From assembly GCF_025526975.1 (NCBI RefSeq), contig NW_026515668.1:744001-808000 (forward strand): a DNA stretch of 64,000 bases. Reading direction: 5' to 3'. The translations under genes and the position numbers were made by a program. The DNA is from Fimicolochytrium jonesii. Taxonomy: Eukaryota. Shown here in pieces: positions 37,516 through 53,757 of the stretch (the first letter of the stretch is position 1; the number at the start of each line of letters is the position of its first letter). The notes under the pieces were generated by a model. The model was given only the letters and a program-made list of their open reading frames with translations. It ran no database searches and was not told the origin of the DNA.

Positions 37516-39726
37516 CTATCGAGTTTGGATGATGCCAGCGTTGATCAAAGTGCGGATCTTGGCGGCTACTGCGGGGTTCTTCATGTGACTAAGGTACCAT
37601 AAGAGAAATGTTAAAGCCGACGACAGTGCTAAAATCGATTCCAATTTGACCCCTCTCTGGATACTTACTCTTGAGCAGCTCGCGGGTCTTCTTGCATTTG
37701 CTTCAAGATGCTCTGCATGACGGGGTCTGCCATAATCCTTTGCACCTCAGGGTCCTCCATCGCGCGCTTGAGGGTCTCTTCCCTGTTACCACCGCTTTGG
37801 ACCTGGTTCAATCCCTCGTATGCCTTGTAGATCTGTGTAATCCGGAAGATGAATTTCGGCCCTCGGCGGTCACGCGACGACACATGCAGTTCCAGTATCA
37901 CTCACCTGTTGATCAATCTCAGCCGTGTGCTTGCCGTCCACATCCTTCTCCTTTGCTTCGTTGCACATGTCGATAGACTTCATGTATTCGCGTTTGGCGA
38001 GAAGGATTGCGGCTTTGCGAATATACGCCTTCACGAAGTTGACGTCCAGGGCGATCGCGGCATCACAGTCCTTCTCGGCCTCAGGGAGAGCCAGCAGCTT
38101 GATGTAACATGCTGCACGGTTGGAGAAGTTCCTGGGGTCCGCGTCGTTCCTCTTGATTGCCTCGGTGTAGTGCTTCACAGCTTCTGGCCAGTTCGAGTTC
38201 TTGAACTCGACATTGCCCTTCTCACGGGCCTCATCTGCAAGCTGTGGGTTGCGGTACGCCTCCTTTTCCCGAACCGCCTTCAGCTTTTCGGCTTCCTTCA
38301 GTTTGGTGAGGATGTCGGGAGTGCGGTGCTCGGTCAGAGACTTTTCATAGAACCTGATTGCGTTGAGCAAGTCGTCCTTCTTCATATAGCAGTTACCAAT
38401 ACGCCCGAAAGCCCTGCAAAGTGGACGCATTAGCAGGAAGCGGGTCCCAAATGAACCTGTCCAAACCCGTTACTCACTTGGCAATGATTTTATAGTCTGC
38501 GCGAATTTCCCGTCCAGCCTCGACCGCCTCTTCGCAAGTCTTGATACTCGCGTCGTAGTCACCGGCCTCAAACTGAGCGGCTGCCTTATTTGTCAGAACA
38601 GCGATGTTCGTCTGGTCGATCTCGAAGGCTTGGTCGTAGTGCGAGAGAGCGCCAGGGAAATCGCGCTTCTTGTATAGCTGGTTTCCCAAGTCCTTCTCCT
38701 TGTCACTCTCTGTGCGCTTCTGCTTCTTCTCTTTCTCTTCATCCGTTAGCGACTCGGGCTCAGGCTCGGGGGCTCGGGTCGATGGCGTTTGTTGCCTTTT
38801 TGGCGACTCGGATCTTGGGGCTGGTGGAGTGTATGCAGTGTCATTGGCGGCAGCATTGGCGGCAGCAGCTGCATCCTCGGGATTCGTGGCTACAGTCGCG
38901 TCCAGACCCATTGCGGCCATCATGAGAGTCATGATGCGCGGGTCCTTCATGTACAGGTTCATGTTCTGGGGATTTCTTTGGATATCCTGAATCTTCATCA
39001 TAACATCTGGTTGAGCGATGATGCTGGCCACTTTCGGGTTGCTCATTATCTTTGCGAGACCGGCTGGCCCGAAAATGTCACCAAACGGATCTGATTGTAG
39101 GATCGCAAGCGTCAGTATGAAGCTGGCTGATGGTCAGAAGCAACATCAGCTTACTTGCTCCCCCGTCGCCCATAGCGGCTTCCACCTCATCCAGTGCCTT
39201 CTTCAAAGGCGCATTGTTGGGGTCAACCTGCAATCCCGCCTTGTAAACCTCGGCGGCTTGCTCAAGGTCGCCCAGTCCGTGCAGAGCGGCTCCCTTGCGC
39301 GAGTAACCCTTATATCATTGAAACTCCGCATAAGCTTTAGCTCTTTCAAATCGAAGGTTGCGGCACCTAGCCTACCCTTGGCCAGTCAGGTTTGATCTCC
39401 ACTGTCTTCTCTGCATCCTTCAAGGCCGCCTCGTAGTTCTTCAGACTTGCGTATGATGCCGATCTACATAACGTGGAACGTAAGTAAAAGTCATTCCGAA
39501 GACTATTCGCACACAGGCCTGAAGGCCCACCTGTTAGAGTAAAGAACATGGTTGTTTCCGTCAAGCTCGATGGCCTGAGAGAAGAACTTGATAGCTTCCT
39601 CGAACTGTCCAGCTGAGAAAGCTTGGTTCCCTTGGCTTTTGAAATCTTCGGCCTATAGTATAAACGCGGGGTTCAGAGCGTGGTCGTAGATCAACAAAAA
39701 CCCAAGGAAGAAAGTCTCACCGTCAT
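37516..39726 (-). CDS. STI1: Hsp70-Hsp90 organising protein STI1/HOP
   Basis: Three TPR clusters and two DP domains, [16 protein letters not shown]-terminal [10 protein letters not shown]. Multiple introns. Confidence 0.96.
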
Positions 39727-40106
39727 TTCTACTGTAGTATCAACAGGATGGAGTTAAAGATTACCGTTGCTTTGTGTGGGTATTGACTATCGCAGTCCAG
39801 TCTAGTTTCGTGGGGAATGTGGAGGTTCGCCAGAGGTCGACGGGGCCTTTCATATGGTCCTGTTTCTCAACGAGTCCCTCACGAAATTTCGACGGGCTTC
39901 CCGAATTTTCCATTCCGCGCCTGTGCTTTCGCAATTCACACTCAGCGAACGCACTACAACAATCCGACGACCAGGAGCTACAGGCAACGACGGGGTATAC
40001 CAACGCTCTGCGACAACGACGCGGCGGGATAGTACCAGAAGAGCGAATATAGTGTAGTCACCATCACGGACCAGAAATTGCGAAAACGCTTCAGAAAACC
40101 TTTAAC

Positions 40107-40641
40107 ATGAACCAAGCACCACAGCCAAGCGGCCCCTTTGGGAACAATGACCCAATGGCCATGGCCGCACAGGCTTTCATGGAGTCCTGTCCTGCCAAGG
40201 TTGTGCTGAGTGGAGGAGCGGGTTTCGCTCTCGGAGGAGCCTTTGGAATGTTCATGTCGAGTGTGGACTGGGGAATGAATACGGAGGAGTTCCAGGTGCG
40301 TCAAAGAGCAGCGATGTCGCTTTCTTTGGAGGAGCTCGTACTTACAGTTTTGGCAGAAACTATCCACGAGAGAACAACTTAAGCTCACAGCAAAAGACAT
40401 GGGAGCGAAATCGTTCTCGTCAGCGAAAAACTTCGCCGTGGTCGGAGCAGTATTCGCTGGGACAGAGTGTGTGATCGAAGGGTATAGGGCGAAGAACGAC
40501 ATCTGGAACGGCGTATCTGCGGGATGCATTACGGGAGGGGTATTGGCGGCCAAGGCGGGACCTCAAGCCGTCGTGGGTGGATGCCTGACGTTCGCGGCGT
40601 TTTCGGCCGCCATTGACTGGTGGATGAAGAAGGACGACTAG
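40107..40641 (+). CDS. TIM22: Mitochondrial import inner membrane translocase TIM22
   Basis: [26 protein letters not shown] and [28 protein letters not shown]. One intron. Confidence 0.96.
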
Positions 40642-41123
40642 AAACGGCATCGGGAGGCTCGCAGAACCTTCCACCGTACGTAGAGTATGGAGGTCTTTCC
40701 GCCCATTTTCGGCAAACCGCTTAATATAGCCCCATGCATTATGAGCTGTCTGTACATAGATTTACTCCGCACGTAGTCCATTCCTGGACTTGAATAACTT
40801 ATTTCAATCGAATATAGAGGATATATAGTAAGCTCCCACTCTCGTTCGCAACTCTTTAGAACTGTAGCGACTCTCTGCTCGACCGACGGGCCCGTTGTGT
40901 TGGACGAGCTCTACCTCAACCCGGATCCCGACATATATACAGTACATGCATCCGACGACTGTCTAATGTACGTCTTTCGCTTGTTCGGCATTTCCCCTTC
41001 GGTCCACTTCCGCTATGCAGGTGTGATATTCGTCGTACATATGTACCGTTGAGCCGCAGGACAGCTTTTGTATTCCCCAGCAGCTCGCTCAAAGACTTTC
41101 GATAGATCTTTGCGTTTGGAGTC

Positions 41124-41531
41124 CTAAGCAGCCTCTGTTTTGATTTGAATGCCGTGCATGCCTTTGATGTCCTCCCTCAGGATGTCGGTGACCATCTGGT
41201 GTTGTCGTATCAGGGGCTTTCCCTTGAAGAGGGGAGAGGCGATCTGGACGGCGTACATGGACCCACAACCACCTAAAAACTGAAGTTGAGAAAAAGAAGA
41301 CTAAAAAGCAAAAGCATGGTACTCCATCTGACCTGAAATATCCGAAACCTTCAGTTTCGTCGCCTGTAGCTGGTTGGCCAGCTTCTCATGCAATGTCCTC
41401 TCTCCCTCCGTGTACGCTGGGTCCAGGGGGGCAACACCACCAGGTTGACTTGATAAGAGCCGGCTACTTGCAAGGGGCGCCTTGAGCAGCGACCCTCTTG
41501 GCCGCAGTATGCTCCGTGCAAAGAGCGACAT
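41124..41531 (-). CDS. BOL3: Mitochondrial BolA-family protein (BOL3/BOLA3-type)
   Basis: Presequence-like N-terminus, then VSDISG|GCGSMYAVQIASPLFKGKPLIRQHQMV..MHGIQIKT. One intron. Confidence 0.88.
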
Positions 41532-42187
41532 TGCGTATGTTTAGTTATGCAGAGTGCAATTTGGAGAGTGGGCAGCTTCCCTCGTTATGGGAGTCGTCGA
41601 AGGTCTCCAATGGATGCCAAAGCGTAGGTTACGACGGCATGAACGCGGTCAACACATCTTCGTGGCCAGCAGAAGTCACCGGCCGGCTGCGACGACGAAA
41701 CGCCTTGACCAGCATCATTGAAATTGGGAGCCGCTGGTTCCCCCAGCGAGAGAGCGAGCGGGACCAGAGCGGGACACCTTAACCCTTTTGGTAAGGATTT
41801 CAACGTCGTAACCTTTACGTTTTGGAGAGAACCCTCACAGGGCTGCTACAGTATATCTACGGTGATGTGGAATCCCGGGAATGTGCCCAGAACTGGACAG
41901 ATCGGGCAATCCTAGCTCCACGGAACAATGTGTAGCCATGTACTGTATGTGTGTGGTTATTACGGTAATACAGTATTATTTCGTGCGCGGACACCAGCAG
42001 GTTGCTAGAAGGGAAGTCCCGGATGCCTGTTGTCACACCAATCTCCTGAAACCTGCCCATCCCAAATCCGACTCCCAACCCACCAATACCCCGCTCACTC
42101 TCTCAACAATGACAAACCCCAACAGTCGCCGTCTTCTGGTACCCAACCCGCGGCACCATCTCAGTCGGCTTCAGCGCACACGCCCCC

Positions 42188-43964
42188 TTATTCGCCTGTC
42201 GACGTGCACACGCCTGCGTCGGGTTTAGGTGTGCCATCTATCATGGATATCGAAGATGTTAAATTTCTGCTGGCAAATGAATACGATCTTGGTGGGGAAA
42301 CCTTACGGGTGATTGCGCCGTCTGCACATATATGTATTTATTCCCCCTCGTAAACCCGGACAACTGCGGCTCCACACCTTCCAAACTGCCCAAATCCCGC
42401 CGTTCCCTTGGTGCCGCGAACCTGCAAAAAAAAAAATCAGATCAATCCCCCACTCCCCGTTCCCACCAATCCACTTCACTCACTGATCCCCCGTCTCAGT
42501 CTTGAACCTCCCCACCGAATCCGCGACGTCAGGGAAGATATGTGTCGGATTGTTGCGCACGCTGCCCTGCGGTTCTTTGGAAGAGAGGGCGAGGTCGGGG
42601 TGGTGGAGGAGGGTGGCGAGGGTGGGGTTGAGGACTGATTTGCGGTTATGGTGCAGTCTAAAAAAAAAATCAATCATCAATCAACACATTTGCCCACGTA
42701 ATCGTAAAACCGACGCAAACTAGTCACGCACTGGTAAGTACTCCTCCCACACCCCGGATCCACCATCCCTGCCCACTCCGCCGACCTCCGTCCCAGCGTG
42801 CGGTCCAATTCCTCCTGCGACGGCAGCGCCCGTGCGCCGCGGGGTGCGTCGGCGTCGCGGAGGATGTTGCCGTGGTGGGAGCGCGTGTACCCGTCTTCGT
42901 CCATTCGCGCCGTCTTGTAGGTGTACCAGGGACGGGAGGTGGGGGCGGGGGTTTGGCTGGAGAGGGGGGTCTTGGGGGGGCGGCGGGTTGAAAAGGTGTG
43001 TTAGAATGGGAACGGTGGTATGACAGGTGGATTGATATGAGCATTTTCATACATACCGTGAACCGATCATCGACGTCGTTACCGAACCCCTTCACATGCC
43101 CCACATCGTTCGTATACCCGCTCTCTGAATGGAGGACATGGGATTTGTCGAAGGTAGAGTCTTTCAGGTGTAGCCGGCGCGCGTCGTAGCTGGTTTTCAT
43201 GATCGATGGGTCGGTTTTCCAGTGGCGCTGCGGTTAACGATGAGGGGGGTTCGACGGCGTCGGTAGATGCGCAACAAGAAAAGACATAGGAGAGGGATGA
43301 GCTCAAGATTGTATACCTCTTTATCAGAAATGACGCTGAACTTTGGCGGCATGTGCGTAAACCCTGATTCCGTGAAATGGCTGATGGGCACGTTGAGGAG
43401 AGCGTCGGTCTCTTGCGGGGGTTGGAACTGTGTCTTCTGTGACGTCTCAAATGGGTTGGGAATGCTGCGTGAGACATGACTTGTGAGCATCGATTGTTTT
43501 TTCTCCAGAGGACCCGCACTCTCAGAGACTCACTTGAACCCCGGCCCTTCATCCACCCTCTTATCATACTCCACATACGGCACCACATTCCGACTATACC
43601 CCGAACTATCCTTCCTCATCCCACTAGGCGTCGTCAGCTTCACCGCGCCGCCCCATCCAACTTCGCCCTTTCCCTTCCCTTGTCCATTCCCACTCTTCCA
43701 ATGCGCCGTATTAAATGTCGTCGAATACCGCGTGCTGTAAAAATTCTGCAGACTGCGTGCCGGCCCGCGCGAGCAGACGATGATGGGTGTTGGGCCGGTT
43801 TCGCCAGGGGAGAGGACGTAGGGGGCGGGTTTGAAGCAGGTGGAGTGGCGTTGGTGGAGCTCGGACTGGCGGGTGGGGTCGAGGCGGTCGGTAGTGGGGA
43901 GGTGGGGTAGACGGCTGTCGCCGAATTTTAGTAGGTCCTGCGGCGAGACGTAGTCGAGTTCCAT
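42188..43964 (-). CDS. Multi-exon protein with repeated SG[FY]T/S motifs, resembling the ciliary microtubule-inner protein PPP1R32/SAXO4
   Basis: Exon fragments contain SGYSRN, ESGFTH, ESGYTND, DGYTRS and SGFTRGN. Family assignment from motif resemblance only; boundaries approximate. Confidence 0.5.
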
Positions 43965-44451
43965 TGTTGCAAGTATCTGATGGGGGACTAGCGGGTGATG
44001 CGACACCTTACATGTACAGAGGCTTGTGTCCAGCGATGCAGCAATCTCGCAGAATGAAATCGAAAATCTGTCGTATACAAAAGTTTCAATAATGCCTTCG
44101 AAAAATGCATTACCCCCCGGAGAATTTAACAGTACGGAGGCCAAAACGTCCGTAGGTTCCGACTGGAGCGTAGAAATTGACAGCGTGTTCAAGTTAGTAG
44201 GAGTAGCTCAGTAACCCCACCTAGTATCAAAGTTCGTACACAACTGGCCGATGACTGTCATTGACTTCTGCTGGGGCACAAAATTTCAAACCGCGTCGGA
44301 ACCTGCGTTTTGGCCTCATATTGTAGAATGTCTCCCAGCTTACGCTAGCGTGCGAGGACCGAAAAGCCGAAAGTCCGATCCTGTCAATGCAGGTCTTGCT
44401 AGGTGTTCGCAACGCTGATCTTTTCGACTACATGTACGATAGTGACTTGCA

Positions 44452-45758
44452 ATGAGCAGCAAAGACCCCTCAACGGCGAAAGCAAAGCCAATGCCTATCG
44501 GGTCTCGCAGAGTTGCCCCTAGTCCCCCGGACAGCAATGGGAGCTTGACAGAGCATCTCGTCAATGTGAGCCATGTGCTGAAGGAAGAGACATTGAAATC
44601 TGGGCATGCTGTCCACTCAGTCTACCTAGATTTCCACAAATTTTTGAATAGAGGCAATGTGGTTGACATGGCGGTAAGTGATCATGCTCAGTCGTTTTCG
44701 AAGCTGCGATCTTTCGCTCACCGTTTCTTATAGGTTGGGATTGTCATGGGAACAGCATTGTAAGAGCGATCACAAGAAACGCCGGCAAAAGCCGTTCCTT
44801 AAAGCATCTACCTTTCTCCAATAGCACAGCAATCGTCACATCCCTCGTCAACGACATCTTCCTTCCGATCGTCAGTCTTGCCTCGCCCTCATCCCAGCTA
44901 TCCAACCTGTACATTTTGGTGAGATGCCCCCAGAAAAACGGTGTGACTACGCCTTGCAATAGATCAACATATAACACGCCAGCGGATGGTAAGCTTCTTT
45001 GCAATCCTCAGTTTAGTGACGGAGTTTTCTAGAGTACTCATGTGCACGGGGCTTCTTCTCGACATCAGCGAAGGCAGCGGGGGCGATCACATGGAACTGG
45101 TAATCGTCCTCCTGTGAGGGATCTCGAAGCTGGAGATCCTGACCGCTAGCGAGTCTGACCCGTCGATTTGCACGCTCGTAGGGGAAGCTTTATCCAAAAT
45201 ATCGTCAACTTTCTGTTGATATCGTTGATTGGTGCGTGGAATCGACTTCAAAGGCGACCAAGATGAATCGCTAATCCATTGATCCTGTCACGATCAAACA
45301 GTCTTCTTCATCGTCAAAGGTAGATCTGACATGAATCTAGCACATTTCTGTGAAGCACTCTCAAATCCGACCTGTTCCAATCAGCGTACGCAAAAGCGTT
45401 TCGAAGCGATGAACCAGTCAAAGCGCCTTCAACGAAACCTTGCGCGATGTGCACCAAAGGTACGCCCTGTCGATGGCATTCGTCGTTTGTTTGCTTCCGC
45501 ATTGCCTGCAATGGCCCTACTAACATCCACCTCTCTGCTTTGCAGACATTCCGCTCAAGGTACGGTCCCTCGATGGCCTCCGTCATTTGTTCGCATCCGC
45601 ATATCTGCCATGGGTTTACTAACCTCATTTTTCGACATGCCCAGGCCAAACGCTGCCCAGAGTGTACGGCTGACGTTCTGGATGATGGAAGCGGAAACAA
45701 CAGTAGTCACGGCGACGACCGGTCTATCGAACGAATAGAAATGTCCCGAGCTCGCTGA
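44452..45758 (+). CDS. MscL-family large-conductance mechanosensitive channel, many small exons
   Basis: FHKFLNRGNVVDMA|VGIVMG..FTAIVTSLVNDIFLPIV, W|GSFIQNIVNFLLI, and C-terminal CAMC...CPEC. Confidence 0.87.
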
Positions 45759-46443
45759 TGTACGGGTGTGAACTAACCAACAAACTTGGCCGCCGTAGCG
45801 CGGTCCAACTGATCCATTCCCAACGGCTCTATCTGGGATCATCTACGTAGCATTTAACGTACATTGCGACACGAGGGGGTTGTCTTATGGACTAACTAAC
45901 TTGCTTGTTGCCCGTCACTTCGCATGAGGCGTCTGACACCTCTGTCGCGCGATGGACATCCTAGTTTTATGGGTCAGTCATGGACTACCAAGCAACACCC
46001 TTTGCAAGAATATATGTACACCCTCCCCACATACCTCTTACAAACTCACAATGTACGGGTTGACATGTGGTTGCTCAGGGAAATTGAATGCGGTAGGCGG
46101 GTTTCAGCTGTAGTGTAAGCTCGTAGTGGAGCTGCATGTGGAGGAGGTGCCGGAACGGGTAGCGGCGCTGCAATGACTTGGCAGCCTGGATATCTAGGGC
46201 TCCTCCCCCTGTGGAGGGGTCCCGGCAGTGGTGCCGCTTCACAATCGGGGAGTACCACCACACTCGCCGATACTTAGATACAATCCAATATCACCATCAT
46301 TTCAGTAGACTCTTAGCGAATACCCGCTATAATCGAATAAGCTGCTATATGAAATCAGAGGGGAAAGAACGCAAATAATGAACGCTGGACGACTACCTAG
46401 CCTATGCGAAGGGGAGGTTTCCTACAGCCGAAATCACGCCGCC

Positions 46444-49400
46444 TCAAGATAGATCCATCGGTACTGGACATCCGTTGCTCAAGAGGCCACCTTGGGCCTC
46501 AGCAGCCACAATGGCGGCCACTGGACTCTGCGGGCTCTGGATCTCCTTCAAGAAATCAACAAAGCGGGGACTGACGCCGCTATCACTAATCTTCGACAGG
46601 ATGAGAGCGGTCCGAGCCGCGCTCCGGATGAGCTCGTTGGTCTTCTCGACCTCTTGTTTGACTGCGTTCGACTTTGTCTTCGTGAGCAAGGTGGTTTTGA
46701 GGGGTTCAACCATCTCGTCGAGTTTCTGAGCTACAGCGGTTGGTGACAGGTGGGACAGGCGTTGGAGCATCAGATGTGACAGAATCTTGATATCTTGAGA
46801 CGGGTCGAGTAGCCCGCTCATTACTCTTTGCAAGAAGGCGAATACGTCGAGACGTGACAGGCATGTTTCAATGAGTGTGTACATGCACTCGTAGGCGGCC
46901 TGGGAGAGATGGAGTCAATATCAGGTTTAAGTTCTGGATTCTCAGTCACAAAGAGCTACGTACCTTCCTGGCGTCCAGCCCGTCGTCCACTTGATGCTTA
47001 AAGGGTCCCATCTCGACAACATGGATCAAGTTGGTCTACAAATGGAAAATATCAGCTCGAGTAAGCCAGAAGTATACTGCAACAAGCCAGAAGTGTACTG
47101 CGATCGAAGACTTACGTTTACAACCGTTTCTTCATACAGGAGAGGGAGTAGTTCAGGGAGACTGTCTTGGATCAGGTGTGGTTTGTTATGAGCTGCCGAA
47201 TTCAATGTAGCCAACGACGCCCTTCGGACATTCTGAATCACGAACGGTTGCGTTAGTCGGTCGAATCACAATAAGTGGGAAGATGTCAAGCTGGACTCAC
47301 CAAATCAGTGTCCTTCACAAGTTTTAAGAACTGCGGTAATAGAGGTCGGAGAAGAGAGTCGAAATCATCATGCTGCGTGTGCTCTGTGAACGTGAACCGA
47401 AGCGCCGTCACGACAGTAGCTCTTGCATGTGCATTCGGGGAAGAGAGGCGGGATTGCAGATCGGGCAAAAACGTGCTGGGTTGCGACAGCGACAGTTTTC
47501 CAAGGCACTCGGCAATGGCGTTCCTAGTGGTCTCTTCCGCTGTTTCTTCCGTATTTTGGAAGAGGAGCTGCCATAACTCGGGTGCAAATGAATGCAGAAT
47601 GGCCGTAGATTCGGGAGAGGCTTCATTGTGCGAAAATCGCGTGATGATTTCTTTGAGGGACACCAGAACCAGGTATCGCCTTTTGCCTCCCTCTCGCACG
47701 GTTTGAAGCACGACTGGCATGTAACGCTTGAGGTTACCCAAGGCGATATTCCCGAGCGCGAAAGCAGCGGCCTGTTTGATGTCCTCGGAAGGAGATGCGA
47801 AGAGATTGAGCACGATCTGGTCAACACTCTCATGCTGCGTGGCAAGATCCCTGGAACACCGAGGTCAGTTATCGTCGACGAAGACATAGTCTTCCGAAAC
47901 AGACCCACACTCACATGTTCCGCCCAACGTCACCCAAAGTCAAAAGACTGACATAAAGCGTGTTCTCCGGGGCGCTGTTCTTCTCGACTTCCGTGATGAA
48001 CTTTTGCACAGTCGCATTACCGCCAGGGGAAAAGTTGAGGCACAGAATGGCTAGCGACTGCGCGATGATCGACAACGCCTGCTTTCCGCTGGCCAACCCA
48101 TCTACCCCTGAGGTGACCGGTTTGAGAAGAATCTGAACGGAGTGCTCAAACATGTCACTTCCGCCGATCCGGACGATGGCTTGCCAAAGCTGTGTCAAGC
48201 TGTCGAGTCCCGGACCCGCTCCCAGCAAGTGGGGCGATTCCATGATCATTCTCACGATTTGCGGCTGCAACTCGTTTTTCACCACTGGCAACACGCGGTC
48301 GTTCGGGCCGTTGAAAATGATAATGGAAATAACGTTGATCGCCAGTGGGAGAATATGGAGATCCGAGTCTGAAAGAAGTGGGCGAACCTCTGCCAAAATT
48401 TGAACGTAGATATCTCCATGGATGACTTTGCCGTATCGCCGAATGAGACTCTCCAATGTCTGGAGGCTAGCAACACGGAGCTGCCGATGAGTTTTGCGCA
48501 GGTACGAGGCCAGTTCCGATACGACTTCAGGAAGAACCGGCGAAAGGTCAATAACCTTTGTGCTAGTGCTTTCGGCGAGAGGGCTTTCAGCGATGCTCTT
48601 AATGACGCGCACTGTCGTCAGCCGCGTGAGCTCGTTCTTCAAGCGATCGACAAGCAACGGCAGAACGATGGACTGTATCTGATCTGCGGGCAAGAGGTCA
48701 CCAGCTTGCGACAGAAGTACTCCCAGAGCTATAATCGACCGTTCCTTGACCTCCAAATCCACATCCGCTGCTCCTAGGCGTTGCAGTGTCGTCTCATATA
48801 TGGTGCTTAAGTAATCGCCGAATTGAGGCTGTGCCAATGTCGATACGTCATAGCGTTTGCTGTCTCCATCGTACGAGATTGGGCGGATGACTTTAACGAG
48901 CTCTATCACAACCGTCAAGGCCTCGGCGGTGATCTTGTAGAATTTGTCTTGCGCCGCAGAAACGATGAGCGGAACGAGCTTGCCCAGGTGTTTATGGAAT
49001 ACGGTTGGCTTATGGGTGAGGAAGAGGATCCGCAAAAACTCCAGAACTCCAATCTTGACGTTCGAGTTCGTAGTCGCTTTCACGGAGTGCGAAGGACTGG
49101 TCGCCAGTGATATCTCGATTGCTGGCATGAACAGGCCAATGCTCGACTCCAGACCTCCATCCAACACGCGTACCAATTCTCTGAGTAGATGGAACCCGGC
49201 CTGGCGAACCGGCACCGATTTGCCTTTCAGCTCCTTGGACAAGATTTTGCTCAGTCGGGGAACGTTCTGGCGCAAGAGATCTCGGGTCGTCGGCGTCTCG
49301 TCAATCACCATATCCGTGGCACCGGGGGAGACCCTCCGGCGCTTACTCTCGGGCCCATTTCCGACATCACGTGCCTGGGCCTTCTCGGAACCTGTTGCTA

Positions 49401-51000
49401 CTCCAGTTTGTCGAATGAGGGTGGTGAACGTGCCCAGGACATCCACGCGGACGCTCTCTTCCCTCTCTTTGAATCTGGCAATAAGCGCAGGCGCGACAGT
49501 CTTCAAGAGCTCCTCAAGGAAGTCCGACCGAGTCCCAATGATTGATGCCAGGAGCTTCGAAGATCCCTTCCGAACTTTCCAGGAGACGTCATCCTCGTCC
49601 GAATAATCATCTTCATAGCTGAGTGTGAATGAGCTTACATCCTTCAAAAGTGCAGATGAATTCTGTGCTGTACACTTACTCTTCTTCCTCCTCTTCGTCT
49701 TCATCGTCATCCTCATCGTTTCCGTCCTCTTCTTCGTCCCCATTTTGTTGATCAACATCCATAGCATCCTCGTCAGATTCAAAGTTCGGGTCGTGCTTCA
49801 GATATTTTAAAGCTATGGCGATGACCTTAGGAATGTGGGGCGTCATTTCTGTCGGACAACGTAAGACAAAGGAGTCCAATGCATGCAGGCAGTTTTCTCG
49901 TAGCTCGTCGTCATTGATCTCGATGTACTGAAAGACAAGTGGTAGAGCATCGTCGAGGTGCTGAGCTAAGCGAGGCGAGCTGTAACGACTATTTCCACGT
50001 GTCAGTCTGTTGTCCATCCGTACGAGGTGTCTCCACATCTTACCTCAGCGCGGCTAAGCATCCAATGTGCGTCCTCAGTTTGTCGTAATCAGAGGAGCTG
50101 CTCCGCTGCTGCAGCTCGTTCAACACGGCTTTTACCAGCTCCTCGAAAAGCTCGTCCGATAGATGAGCGACCAAGTGCCCTAAAGCCGCGGTGGCTCGCT
50201 TACGAGCTGCTGCTCGTGAATGGTTAAGAATAGGGAATAACGTGTTTTTGATGGATCTCTGTAACTGCAATCCGCCGGGTCCTAAAGCGAGGGATTGACC
50301 GAATCGACTCAAAATCTCGGAAAGAATGTCGATAACGTCCAGTTGTGGGTCTTTCACATCCTACAAGCGCAATGTCAGCCAAAAGCGCCATGATGAGCAC
50401 TGACGAAAGCAACTTTTAGCATACCGGGGAAAACTGTTGCAGTAACTTGGGCACAAGTTGGCTCACAACCTTGCTTGACACCGGCGAGTCGGAAGGCAGC
50501 TCGATCACAACGGTCTTGATTCCGATGCCAGCAATGTCCCTCAGGTCTTCACGCTTATCGGTCAAGAGACGGCAAAGCTGATCAACCACCTCTTGAAGCT
50601 GATTCTCATGAATCTTCTTCACTAGTGGTGCGAAACTGTGCACTCTGTCAAGAGGAGTCCGGGACACTCCTCGTCCCAACATACCACAGCTGGATCGCGA
50701 ACACATACCATTTCACCGCTACGTTTTGAACCTCTCCATTTGAGTCTTCCAGCAGCTTAATAAGCGCTGAAACAACTTTCTTCTCGTTGACGTCTTCCAT
50801 TTGGAAACTGTCAGACTGGAGAGCTCCCATAAGATCATTGGTCGCCATCCACCGGTAATCCGGATCGTGATGGGACATCTATTCAGAGTGATTGATACAA
50901 GTATAATGAGTACAAATCTCCTTGTGAGGTTCAACGACTATCGCCAACGTACCTTGTCAAGGAGACTAGCGACCAAGTAAGGCCCCGTGGGGTTGACCAT
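46444..51000 (-). CDS. CAND1: Cullin-associated NEDD8-dissociated protein 1
   Basis: DPDYRWMATNDL, LEDSNGEVQNVAVK, YSDEDDVSWKVRK, RFKEREESVR and the TIP120 C-terminus. Multiple introns. Confidence 0.97.
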
Positions 51001-51413
51001 CTTGCCCGTCGAGATTGAGAGGCCTTTCCGTTGACGCGATGTTCGGACGTCCCTGTCCACTTCTAGCTTCCTGAGTGCCTAGATCTTGTATATACTCTCT
51101 CGAAGGAGGAGCTTTGTGTATGATACTGGGTCGCTTTTCGATGGTGGTCTGGTCGTTGGCGGATCGTTTTCCCAGGAGTCAGGATCGAGAAGGTGACTCG
51201 GATTTCGACGTGTCGCGGTGCCGACTGCATGCATTGATCGCTGCATTGATCGGCGAGCCTTGAAGTGGAGCTCCGACTCCGCTGTGGAGAAACCAATTTG
51301 TAATTGTGCATCCTGGCCTGCCCGCAGCAGGTCCGCTTGGTTTTTCCTCTTGCCTCTGCCCTATATAAAGGACTGCCAGCGCTATTCCGCACAGGAGTGT
51401 CTCAGCGCTCTGA

Positions 51414-53432
<2,019 letters not shown>

Positions 53433-53757
53433 GAGGGCGTTTCTCTGCAACCCTCGTTGCCTTCACTAGCCCCCGCCTATTGATATATATCAACTTCGTT
53501 TAGGTGCCACCCTTACGTAGTCAAGATCTATCCTTAACGTCCCCATTTACTGTAACTGCTCTCAAAATACATGATTCTTTTTTGGGAAGTGACGGGCGGA
53601 CGACTGGTGCTGGAAAGACACGCCGGACTACCTGTTGGGGTGTTTGTACAGTTCAGCCGGGGGTTTTTGATTGCCGTGGTAGCTGTGTGTCAAAACTCTC
53701 GCCTCAGTGCTGTGGTAATGAAGCTGCAATGGGTGATTGGAGGGTCTCTGTCATGCG

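Noticed and set aside
47063..47104. 21-bp near-tandem duplication in a CAND1 intron (and a 15-bp x3 repeat at ~20041-20088)
   Set aside because: Short local slippage repeats with no further structure.
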